Shown here one piece after another: positions 17,584 through 27,700 of a DNA stretch of 60,739 nucleotides. The stretch is from Bacteroidales bacterium (GTDB lineage: Bacteria; Bacteroidota; Bacteroidia; Bacteroidales; UBA7960), in NCBI GenBank assembly GCA_007125585.1, contig SLCY01000023.1:1-60739 (forward strand). Reading direction: 5' to 3'. Positions within the stretch are counted from its first letter, which is position 1; the number at the start of each line of letters is the position of its first letter. A program made the position numbers and the translations under genes. Under the pieces are notes generated by a model. It was not told the origin of the DNA and did no database searches. It worked only from the letters and a program-made list of their open reading frames with translations.

Positions 17584-20562
17584 ATGAATACAATCATCAA
17601 ATACAGGTACGACGAAAAGTACGCTACCGACAGCTATGAGTTCAAGGAGATATCCTATCAGGACCTGATGCAGAAGAGGATCATCAATGTGCTTCTGATC
17701 TGCAGCAACTATGATGCTTTCATGCTGGAGGAGGATGGGCGGATCAACGAAAAGATATTTCTTGAATATACCTCCAAGAACCTGCGTTACCCACCACAGT
17801 TTACCCAGGCCAGTTCATCGGAAGAGGCTTTCAGGCTGATGGAGGCCAAACACTTCGACCTGGTGATCACCATGCTCAACGTGGGAGAGATCGATTGTTT
17901 TGAGATGGCCAAGATGGTAAAAGAACGCCACCCCAAAATCCCCATCGTGGTGCTGACCCATTTCAGCAGGGAGGTGTCGATGAAATTGCGCAATGAAGAC
18001 CTGAGTTCCATCGACTACGTTTTCAGCTGGCTCGGCAATGCCGGCCTGTTGCTTGCTATCATAAAACTCCTGGAAGACCGCATGAATGCCCAGCACGACA
18101 TTGAGGAAGTGGGGGTGCAGGCCATCCTGCTGGTCGAAGACTCTGTCCGTTACTACTCCTCCTATCTTCCCACCATCTATAAAGTCATTTTTGATCAGAC
18201 CAATGAGTTGATGACGGAAGGACTCAATGAGCACCGCAAAACCCTGAGGATGCGCGCCCGTCCGAAGATACTGCTTGCAAAAACCTATGATGAGGCCCTT
18301 TCATTATACAACAAATACAAGGACAATCTCCTGGGTATCATATCCGATATCAGTTATGCAAAGGGTGGGAAAAGGGACGACCAGGCGGGCGTAAAACTTG
18401 CCAAGTACATACGAAAAAGGAACCAGCACATTCCCATCCTCCTGCAGTCATCAGAAAAGTGGGATGCCACCATCAACAAAGAAATTGATGTCAGCTTTAT
18501 CGATAAGTATTCCAAAACCCTGCTGATAGAACTAAAACACTACATCAAAGAAAATTATGGGTTTGGAGATTTCGTATTTAAAGACCACAACACAGGAATG
18601 GAGGTGGGCAGGGCAAACAATTTGCATTCCCTTCAGGTAAAGATTGCCAAGGCCGACCCTAAAGTGCTTGAATACCATGTGACAAACAATCATTTTTCAC
18701 ATTGGCTGAAAGCCAGGGCATTGTTTTCCATTGCAAACATCTTTGCACGGAAAAGCCGGGACGACTTCGACCACATAGAGGAGGTGCGAAGCTACCTGAT
18801 CGATACCATTGCCAATTACAGGCGCACCAAAGGGCGTGGCATTATTGCCAGTCATCTTGATGAATATGCGGTATTTACAAGGCTGGGCGATGGCCAGTTG
18901 GGCGGAAAGGCACGCGGGCTGGCATTTATTGACTCGGTGATCAACAGGTACAAGATCATGAACCACTGGGAAAATGTGACGGTGACCATTCCACGGACAG
19001 TGGTATTGTGTACCGACATCTTTGATGAATTCATGGAGGATAACGACCTCTACGATTTTGCCCTGTCGGATGTGAGTGACGAGGCTGTGCTTGAACGCTT
19101 TGTGCACAGTAAAAGCCCTTCGCGTATGCGGTCATTTTTAAAGGAGATCATCGACTTCTTTAAATCCCCGCTTGCCGTAAGGTCTTCCAGTTTGCTTGAA
19201 GATAGCCATTACCAGCCCTTTGCAGGTGTGTATTCCACCTACATGATCCCCAACAACCATCATGAACGCCATGTGCGCATCCAACAGCTCGACCAGGCCA
19301 TCAAAAGTGTATATGCCTCCGTATTTTTCAGGGAGAGTAAGTCGTACATAGAGGCCACGTCGAACGTAATTGACGAAGAGAAAATGGCCGTGGTGATCCA
19401 GGAAGTATCCGGACGTTCCTACGGAAAGATGTTCTATCCCACCATTTCAGGCGTTGCCCGGTCGGTTAATTTTTATCCCATTGGACCTGAAAAATACGGT
19501 GACGGTGTGGCCAACATCGCTTTTGGCCTGGGAAAAACGATTGTTGACGGAGGCATCTCCTTCCGTTTTTCACCCAGGTATCCCGAAAAATCATTGCAGC
19601 TTTCCAACACAGATATAGCACTTCGCGACAGCCAGAAAGAGTTTTACAGCCTGGACATGGACCCGGAAAAGTTTCGGCCGGCAGTGGATGAAACCCTCAA
19701 TCTGCATAAAACCCGCATCCGGCAGCTGAAAGGAGAATCTGCGCTGAAATATGTAGTCTCTACGTTTGACTATGAAGACCAGATCATTCGCGATGGGCTC
19801 TATGAGAATGGCACCCGCATCATCACCTTTGCCAATGTCCTTCGTCACAAATCCTTTCCACTTGCAGAGATATTGCAGGACCTTTTACATATAGGCCGCA
19901 AAGAGATGAATAACCAGGTGGAGATAGAGTTCACGGTAAACCTCGACATGCTCAAAGGTGAAAAACGGCAGTTCCATTTCCTTCAGATCCGTCCCGTGGT
20001 CGAGACACAAGAGAAAAACAGCGTCAAGATAGACACCCGTAATCCCGAAAAAGCCATCATCATCAGCCATAGCGCGCTAGGCAACGGGATCATTGAAGGG
20101 ATTCATGATGTCGTTTATGTTAAGCCCGAATCATTCGATGCTGCCAGGACCAAAGAGATCGCGGTGGTCATCGACAGGATCAACAAACAGTGCAGGGAAA
20201 AAGGCCTCAACTATATTCTTGTCGGCCCCGGAAGATGGGGCTCCAACGACCCCTGGCTGGGAGTGCCGGTGAAATGGGCACAAATATCAGCAGCCAGGCT
20301 GATCGTTGAATCCGGCCTGAAGGGCTTCCAGATCGACCCCAGCCAGGGAACCCACTTTTTTCAAAACCTGACCTCCTTCCGCGTTGGATATTTCACCATC
20401 AACCCCTTCCTGAATGAAGGCCATTATGATGTGGACTTTCTGAATAAACAAAAAGCCGACTACGAAGATGAACTTGTCCGGCACGTCCGCTTTACCCACC
20501 CCGTAACCATCAAAATCGACGGCACCCAAAAAACCGGAATCGTTTTAAAACCAGAAAAATAA
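17584..20562 (+). CDS. Paralogous PPDK_N (ATP-grasp) protein with receiver domains
   Basis: Collinear with the upstream gene minus about 190 N-terminal residues: ILLVED, ISD, LGGKARGL, LAVRSSSLLEDS, GLGKTIVDG, FLQIRP, GPGRWG, GTHFFQN. Confidence 0.85.
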   Translation: MNTIIKYRYDEKYATDSYEFKEISYQDLMQKRIINVLLICSNYDAFMLEEDGRINEKIFLEYTSKNLRYPPQFTQASSSEEAFRLMEAKHFDLVITMLNVGEIDCFEMAKMVKERHPKIPIVVLTHFSREVSMKLRNEDLSSIDYVFSWLGNAGLLLAIIKLLEDRMNAQHDIEEVGVQAILLVEDSVRYYSSYLPTIYKVIFDQTNELMTEGLNEHRKTLRMRARPKILLAKTYDEALSLYNKYKDNLLGIISDISYAKGGKRDDQAGVKLAKYIRKRNQHIPILLQSSEKWDATINKEIDVSFIDKYSKTLLIELKHYIKENYGFGDFVFKDHNTGMEVGRANNLHSLQVKIAKADPKVLEYHVTNNHFSHWLKARALFSIANIFARKSRDDFDHIEEVRSYLIDTIANYRRTKGRGIIASHLDEYAVFTRLGDGQLGGKARGLAFIDSVINRYKIMNHWENVTVTIPRTVVLCTDIFDEFMEDNDLYDFALSDVSDEAVLERFVHSKSPSRMRSFLKEIIDFFKSPLAVRSSSLLEDSHYQPFAGVYSTYMIPNNHHERHVRIQQLDQAIKSVYASVFFRESKSYIEATSNVIDEEKMAVVIQEVSGRSYGKMFYPTISGVARSVNFYPIGPEKYGDGVANIAFGLGKTIVDGGISFRFSPRYPEKSLQLSNTDIALRDSQKEFYSLDMDPEKFRPAVDETLNLHKTRIRQLKGESALKYVVSTFDYEDQIIRDGLYENGTRIITFANVLRHKSFPLAEILQDLLHIGRKEMNNQVEIEFTVNLDMLKGEKRQFHFLQIRPVVETQEKNSVKIDTRNPEKAIIISHSALGNGIIEGIHDVVYVKPESFDAARTKEIAVVIDRINKQCREKGLNYILVGPGRWGSNDPWLGVPVKWAQISAARLIVESGLKGFQIDPSQGTHFFQNLTSFRVGYFTINPFLNEGHYDVDFLNKQKADYEDELVRHVRFTHPVTIKIDGTQKTGIVLKPEK

Positions 20563-20668
20563 TTTCCCTGTTTTGTTTGTTTTATTTACAAATATGGGCT
20601 AATTTCGCCCATGAATTGCTAATTAATTAACAGCACAACAAAATAACCATTTTTTAAATCCAAGCATC

Positions 20669-22006
20669 ATGAATTTAGAAAAGATAATGTCAGACCTGGA
20701 GCGAAAAAATCCGGGCGAAAAGGAGTTCTTACAGGCAGTAAGGGAAGTACTGGAAACCATCATCGATGTGGTTGCGGAAAATCCCAAATACCAGGCTGCG
20801 AACATCATTGAACGCATTACCGAACCCGACAGGGTGATATCGTTCAAGGTGGAATGGGTCGATGACAAAGGGAACGTGAATGTGAACAGGGGATACCGCG
20901 TGCAGTTTAATAACGCGATCGGTCCATACAAGGGCGGCTGCCGCTTTCACCCCAGTGTTACGCTGAGCGGACTGAAGTTTCTGGGATTTGAACAGATCTT
21001 CAAAAACAGCCTGACCACGCTCCCCATGGGCGGTGCCAAAGGGGGAAGCGACTTTGATCCCAAAGGGAAGTCACAGGCCGAGATCATGCGTTTCTGCCAG
21101 GCATTCATGAGCGAACTCTATAAATATATCGGCCCGCAAACCGACATTCCAGCAGGCGACATCGGTGTGGGTGGCCGTGAGATCGGGTATATGTACGGCA
21201 TGTACAAAAAACTTATTGGTGAGCATACCGGGACCTTCACCGGCAAGGGACGCAACTGGGGCGGAAGCCTGATCCGGCCGGAAGCCACCGGCTTCGGCGC
21301 CGTATTCTTTGCTGAAGAAATGCTGAAGACCAAAGGAGAAGCGATAAAAGGAAAAACCATTGCCGTCTCCGGCTTCGGTAATGTCTCATGGGGAGCCATC
21401 ACCAAGGCCACCCAGCTGGGGGCCAAAGTAGTGACCATCAGCGGCCCGGACGGGTACGTATACGATCCTGAAGGCGTGTCCAGCGAAAAGATCGACTACC
21501 TGCTCGAACTGCGCGCCTCCAACCAGGATATCGTAAAACCCTATACCTACGAATTCCCCAATGCCCAGTTCTTCGAAAGCAAGCGCCCATGGGAACAGAA
21601 AGTCGACATCGCCATGCCTTGTGCCATCCAAAACGAACTGGATGTGGAAGACGCCAAAAACCTGGTTAAGAACGGTGTTATCGCCATTTCCGAAGGGGCC
21701 AACATGCCCTGTACACCCGAAGCAGTGGAGATCATCCAGGAAGCCAGGATCCTTTACGGCCCCGGCAAGGCAGCCAATGCAGGCGGCGTGTCAACCAGCG
21801 GACTGGAACAGACACAGAATGCGATGATGCTTAGCTGGCCCGCCGAAGAAGTGGAAGAGAAACTGCACCAGATCATGAAAAACATTCACGAAGCGTGCAA
21901 AAAATTTGGCAAGGAAGAAGACGGCTATATCAACTACGTGAAAGGCGCCAACATTGCCGGGTTCATCAAAGTGGCCGACGCAATGATCGACCAGGGCGTA
22001 ATATAA
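20669..22006 (+). CDS. gdhB: Glutamate dehydrogenase, probably NAD(H)-specific
   Basis: GDH core motifs. Cofactor region GFGNVSWG...TISGPDG resembles the NAD-specific Clostridium symbiosum-type enzyme rather than the SDS type. Confidence 0.88.
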   Translation: MNLEKIMSDLERKNPGEKEFLQAVREVLETIIDVVAENPKYQAANIIERITEPDRVISFKVEWVDDKGNVNVNRGYRVQFNNAIGPYKGGCRFHPSVTLSGLKFLGFEQIFKNSLTTLPMGGAKGGSDFDPKGKSQAEIMRFCQAFMSELYKYIGPQTDIPAGDIGVGGREIGYMYGMYKKLIGEHTGTFTGKGRNWGGSLIRPEATGFGAVFFAEEMLKTKGEAIKGKTIAVSGFGNVSWGAITKATQLGAKVVTISGPDGYVYDPEGVSSEKIDYLLELRASNQDIVKPYTYEFPNAQFFESKRPWEQKVDIAMPCAIQNELDVEDAKNLVKNGVIAISEGANMPCTPEAVEIIQEARILYGPGKAANAGGVSTSGLEQTQNAMMLSWPAEEVEEKLHQIMKNIHEACKKFGKEEDGYINYVKGANIAGFIKVADAMIDQGVI

Positions 22007-22046
22007 CATGCCCATCCGCTATTTTTTGAACAAAACCATACAATGG

Positions 22047-22101
22047 AAAACAACCAGGCTGCAACGGGAGTGCCCCCACCCCAGCAGCCTGGTTGTTTTT
22101 T
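22047..22101 (+). terminator. Long hairpin / terminator after the second gdh
   Basis: Perfect 16-bp inverted repeat AAAACAACCAGGCTGC (22047-22062) / GCAGCCTGGTTGTTTT (22084-22099) ending in a T run. Confidence 0.75.
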
Positions 22102-22379
22102 ACACAGCACGTACCGGGTTGCATGGCAATCCTTCAACGTTTCTTCTCACAGAAAATCAATACATTACAAGGTGTAAAAACCACCAGCCCTGCCTGCCCC
22201 CAAATAACAGGCAGCACCCAAAAACCACTACCCCAAGGCCATAGATAAGGGAGATGTCTATATAATAATTTTTCATTTGACCAAATTTTTTTACAAAAAA
22301 TTTATTTTTTTCTCCCGTTGTTCCCCATCGTCTTTTTTATGTATTTTTCGATACGAAACCAACAATATGCCCTAATGCC

Positions 22380-22901
22380 ATGCGAATAAAACGAATCCAG
22401 CCACCCAAAAAGGATGCCCTTGTTGATGACAAGGTAAACCTATCCCTGCTCGACCCGTTGCTTGAAAAGTACAGGGATAAAAAAGGGAACCTTATTCCGC
22501 TGCTCCAGGGAACCCAGGATATTTTCGGTTACCTTCCAGGAGAGGCGTTTGCCAGAATCCATGAAGCCACCGGGCTCCCCCTGAACGAGATGTATGGTGT
22601 CGCCACGTTTTATGCCCAGTTCCGCCTTGTCCCCGCAGGAAAACACATCGTAAAAATGTGCCATGGCACAGCATGCCATGTCCAGAACGTAACAGCCATT
22701 ACCGATGAAATCCTCGACACACTGCAGATCAAAGACGGTGAAACCACCGGCGATGGGTTGTTTACCGTTGAAACGGTTGCCTGCCTGGGATGCTGTTCGC
22801 TCGCCCCGGTCATGATGATCGGCGAAGAGACCCACGGCAAGCTAACACCCAGGGAAGCCGTCAAGATCATACGGGAAATAAAACGCAGGGAAAACAACTA
22901 A
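22380..22901 (+). CDS. HydC/NuoE-like [2Fe-2S] subunit
   Basis: GVATFYAQF, CHGTACHV and VACLGCCSLAPV. Confidence 0.92.
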   Translation: MRIKRIQPPKKDALVDDKVNLSLLDPLLEKYRDKKGNLIPLLQGTQDIFGYLPGEAFARIHEATGLPLNEMYGVATFYAQFRLVPAGKHIVKMCHGTACHVQNVTAITDEILDTLQIKDGETTGDGLFTVETVACLGCCSLAPVMMIGEETHGKLTPREAVKIIREIKRRENN

Positions 22902-22923
22902 CACGAAAAAAGCATTGCCAACA

Positions 22924-24702
22924 ATGGGAAAAACCAAAGTGATCGTGGGACTCGGAAGCTGCGGCATCGCAGCCGGGGCCACCAAGACCTATAACGAGTT
23001 TGAACGCATACTGAAGGCCGACAAGCTAGACTACGAGTTGAAAAAGACCAGCTGCATCGGCATGTGCTACCGCGAACCCCTGGTGGAGATCATCGACGAC
23101 AGCGGCACCTATATGTACGGCGAAGTGAATGTGGTACGGGTAGATGAGATCATCGACAAGCACATCAAGAAGTTTTCGCCTATCCCCGAATATATTGTGC
23201 AATCGGACAAATACCCATCAAAAGACCAGCAGTTTTTCGACGGCCAGGTAAAGATCAGCCTGCGCAACTGCGGGCACATCGATCCCGAATCGATCGAAGA
23301 GTACGAATCGCAAGACGGGTACCAGGCGATCAGGAAAATCGCAACCCAGAACGTGCCTCCGGAACAGGTGATCCAGGATGTATTGGACTCGGGACTGCGT
23401 GGCCGGGGAGGCGGCGGGTTCCCCACCGGCATGAAATGGAAGTTTGCCCGCAATAATCCGTCCGAAAAGAAATATGTCATATGCAATGCGGATGAGGGCG
23501 ACCCCGGGGCATTCATGGACCGTTCAATCCTCGAAGGCGACCCCCACGGGGTGCTTGAAGGGATGATCATCTGCGGATATGCCATCGGCGCCAGCGAAGG
23601 ATACATCTACTGCAGGGCCGAATACCCCCTTGCCATAAAGCGGCTGAACCTGGCCATCGAACAGGCCAGGAAAAAAGGGTATCTCGGAAAAGGGATCTTC
23701 GGTATCCCGGACTTTGACTTTGACATTATCATCAAAGAGGGGGCAGGGGCATTCGTGTGCGGGGAAGAAACCGCCCTGATCGCCTCCATTGAAGGCTCCA
23801 GGGGCATGCCTCGGCGCCGCCCGCCGTTTCCCGCCGAAGCCGGCCTGTGGAAACATCCGACAAACATCAATAACGTAGAAACCTTCATCAACATTCCGTG
23901 GATCATACGGAACAGTCCGGAACAATACGCCAGCTACGGCACCGAAAAGAGCAAAGGTACCAAGGTGTTTGCACTGACTGGTAAGATCAATCACGGGGGA
24001 CTTGTGGAAGTGCCCATGGGGATCACCATCAAAGACATCATTTACAACCTGGGCGGGGGGATCACCGGCAACAAAAAATTCAAAGCAGTCCAGCTCGGCG
24101 GTCCCTCGGGCGGATGTATCCCCGAACACCTCAGCCATACACAGGTCGACTACGACTCGGTGAACGCCACCGGTGCGATCATGGGCAGCGGCGGCATGGT
24201 GGTGATGGACGAAACCACGTGCGTGGTTGATATCGCCAAATTCTTTCTCGACTTTACCCAAAAGGAGAGCTGTGGCAAATGCACCTTCTGCCGCATAGGT
24301 ACGCTGCGGATGCTTGAAACGCTCACACGTATCACCGAGGGAGAAGGGAAAGAGGGCGACATCGAAATGCTGGAGGAACTGGCTGAAATCATCAAAGACA
24401 GTTCACTGTGCGGCCTTGGCCAAACGGCGCCAAACCCCGTACTGACCACAATCCGGTACTTCCGCGATGAGTACGAGGCACATATCAACGATAAAAAATG
24501 TCCGGCGACAAGCTGCAAAAAGCTCCTCACCTACACGGTGATCGACGAAAACTGTACGGGGTGCATGGCATGTGCAAAAGCTTGTCCTGTAGATGCGATC
24601 GAAGGGGAGAAAAAGCAGGTGCACCATATCCTCCAGGATGCCTGCATCCGTTGCGGGGCATGTTTGAACAGGTGTAAATTTGATGCCATCCATATCGAAT
24701 AA
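22924..24702 (+). CDS. HydB-like FMN/NADH-binding subunit with extra Fe-S domains
   Basis: N-terminal thioredoxin-like [2Fe-2S] (SCG, CIGMC). GLRGRGGGGFPTG, NADEGDPGAFMDR, CGEETAL, ESCGKCTFCR, CGLG. C-terminal 2x[4Fe-4S]. Confidence 0.92.
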   Translation: MGKTKVIVGLGSCGIAAGATKTYNEFERILKADKLDYELKKTSCIGMCYREPLVEIIDDSGTYMYGEVNVVRVDEIIDKHIKKFSPIPEYIVQSDKYPSKDQQFFDGQVKISLRNCGHIDPESIEEYESQDGYQAIRKIATQNVPPEQVIQDVLDSGLRGRGGGGFPTGMKWKFARNNPSEKKYVICNADEGDPGAFMDRSILEGDPHGVLEGMIICGYAIGASEGYIYCRAEYPLAIKRLNLAIEQARKKGYLGKGIFGIPDFDFDIIIKEGAGAFVCGEETALIASIEGSRGMPRRRPPFPAEAGLWKHPTNINNVETFINIPWIIRNSPEQYASYGTEKSKGTKVFALTGKINHGGLVEVPMGITIKDIIYNLGGGITGNKKFKAVQLGGPSGGCIPEHLSHTQVDYDSVNATGAIMGSGGMVVMDETTCVVDIAKFFLDFTQKESCGKCTFCRIGTLRMLETLTRITEGEGKEGDIEMLEELAEIIKDSSLCGLGQTAPNPVLTTIRYFRDEYEAHINDKKCPATSCKKLLTYTVIDENCTGCMACAKACPVDAIEGEKKQVHHILQDACIRCGACLNRCKFDAIHIE

Positions 24703-24770
24703 GGTGCATCCAAAGGCAACGACGCACGCGCAAAACATATATATCACAAACAACCAACCAGTTATACCAA

Positions 24771-27700
24771 ATGAGCGCATTGAATATCATCATAAACAAA
24801 CAGATCGTTAAAGGAGAGAAAGGAGAAACCATCCTGGACCTGGCCCGCCGCCTTGACATAGAGATCCCTACGCTTTGCAACGACGAAAGGCTGGAGCCGT
24901 TTTCTTCGTGCTACCTCTGTGTGGTCGAAGTGGAGGGAATGCGCGGCCTTCAGCCCGCCTGTTCAACAAAGGTCGCCGAAGGGATGCGCATCGAGACCAA
25001 CAACGAACGGGTCGAAAAATCGCGCAAGTTCGCCCTCGAACTTTTGGTAAGCAACCATTACGCCGACTGTACCCCACCCTGCCGCGAAGAATGTCCCGCA
25101 GGCGTAGACGTACAGGGATACATCTCCATGATCAGCAAAGGGAAACACCACGAAGCGGTCGAACTCATCAAACAAACCAACCCGCTCCCGGCTATCTGCG
25201 GCAGGGTGTGTGTGCGTCCCTGCGAACTGGTTTGCCGGAGAACCCTGCTGGAGGATGCGGGTGTTGGGATCGACTACCTGAAACGGTATACCTCCGATAT
25301 CGACCTGTACTCCGACACCAGGTACATGCCCGGTGTGAAACCGCCTACCGGGAAAAAGGTGGCGATCATCGGTGCGGGTCCCGGGGGACTCACCGCGGCG
25401 TACTACCTGGCACTCGAAGGGCACCACACGGAGATCTTCGAGGCAAGCCCCCATGCAGGCGGTATGCTCCGGTACGGCATCCCCCCCTACCGGCTGCCCA
25501 ACGATGTCATCGAAAAAGAGATCGAAGGGATAACCAAACTGGGCGTCCAGATAAACTACAACAAGAAGCTGGGCGGGAACTTCACCTACGAAACGCTGCG
25601 CGACACGTTCCACGCCACCGTCCTTGCCATCGGATCCCAGAAAGGCACCGGCATCGGCTGCGAGAACGACGACGCCGGCAACATCTTCTCCGGGATCGAC
25701 TTCCTGCGAAACATGGAGATGACCGGCCAGAAATATGACTTTGCCGGCAAAAGGGTCGCCGTTATCGGCGGCGGGAATACGGCGATGGACTGCTGCAGGA
25801 CGGCCAAGCGGTGCGGGGCCGAAGAGGTCACCGTCATCTACAGACGCACCGAAAAGGAGATGCCGGCAAACCCCATCGAGATCCACGAATCAAAGATCGA
25901 AGGGATCAACTACATGTTCCTTACCGCCCCGGCAAAGGTGAACAAGGACGAAAAAGGCAACCTCCGGTCGCTGACATGCATACGGATGGAACTGGGCGAA
26001 CCCGATGCCTCCGGCAGACGGCGACCGGTAAAAATTGAAGGATCCGAGTTCGACGTTGAACTTGACTATATCCTGGCTGCCATCGGCCAAAAGACGGTCG
26101 TTGACTTTATCGACGATATCAGCAGCCACGCAGAGACCCCCCTGAAGCTAAACAAGTGGGGCGACATCGACGCCGATCCTAAAACGTTGCAAACCTCCAT
26201 TGAAAGCGTTTTTGCCTGTGGCGACGGGGTCACCGGACCGGCTACCCTCATTGAAGCGATCGCCCAGGGCAAACTGGCAGCGCAGAGCTGTAACCAGTGG
26301 CTGGGCGGCCAGAAGGTGACCCCCCCCATTCCGGAGTTCCTGAGCAAAAAGGATCATTTCGAGAAACAACAGGAAGGGGACTACCAAGGGCTGTTCCCCG
26401 AACAGCCGCGCGAAGAGATGCCCACCCTGGAAGCACAAATGCGCAGCGACTTCGACGAAGTTGAGCTGGGATACACCGACGAAGCCGCCCGCCAGGAAAC
26501 ACATCGATGCCTCGAATGCGGCTGTTCCGAGCTGCATACGTGCGACCTGAAACGGTACGCCAACGATTACCAGGCCGAGCAAAGACGTTTTGGCGGTGAT
26601 TACAAAAAACATGCGGTTGACTTTGACCACCCGTTTATTGAGATAGACAACAACAAATGCATCCTCTGTTCACGCTGTATCCGGATCTGTTCGGAGGTCA
26701 ACGGGGCCAATGCCCTGGGACTGGTCAACAGGGGTTTCGAAACCTATGTGGCACCGAGCATGGACGGACGGCTGCGTGATACCCATTGCGATGCCTGCGG
26801 ACTGTGTATAGACACCTGTCCCACCGGCGCCATCACCGAGAACGTACCGTTCAAAACCATGCCCGTCCGCATGGAGAACGTCCAGACCATCTGTACCTAT
26901 TGTTCTGTGGGATGTGCGATAAAACTGCACCACAAAGGGGGGTTTGTGGCGCGCACCACCGGATATAACGGGTTGGTAAACAAAGACGGAAGCATTTGCC
27001 GCTTTCCCAAGTTCGGCTACCATTATATGAATGACGCATCGCGGGTCACTACCCCGATGCTGAGAGAAAACGGAACGTTCAAGCCGGTTTCCTTTGACAC
27101 GGCATACGATATCCTGCGCGAAAGAATGGAGGCATGCACTCCCGAAGAAAACGGTTTTTATATCGGTGCCCGCCTTACCAACGAAGAGATGTACCTGGTA
27201 CAGAAGCTGGCCAGGGCTGGTGTAAAAACCAACAACGTGAGCAGCTTCCATTACATGGACCGGGGATCGGGATATATGGACAACGCCAAATTCAGCGTCC
27301 CTGTCGAACTCCTTCGCAAAGCCAAAACATTGTATGTGCTCGACAGTGATATCAATACGGAACATGGGGTCGCCAGCTTTTACGCCTTCAGCACTCATGT
27401 CAGGGACCAGATCCCCCTGGAGCTGATCACCACCCGGGATGACAGCAGCATGGCCCACAAGGCCGGCACGGTGACCAGGATCCAGGCGACATATCCCTTC
27501 GTTAAAGCCGCCATCCATTACATACTGCACAACAAACTGGAAAACAGGGTTTACATTGATGACCACTGCGAAGGCTTCGAAGCGTACAGGGAACATGTTC
27601 TTCAGGAAGACTTCGACTCCCTGATCCTTGCCGCCGGATGCACACCGGCACAACTGGTAAGGTTCGCCGGCCAGTTTACCAGGGAAGCACAGGCCGTGAT

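Noticed and set aside
13938-20562. Calling the two large genes ppsA/ppdK (PEP synthase or pyruvate phosphate dikinase)
   Set aside because: Only about 190 aa follow the ATP-grasp domain, too few for the pyruvate-binding barrel, and its motifs are absent.
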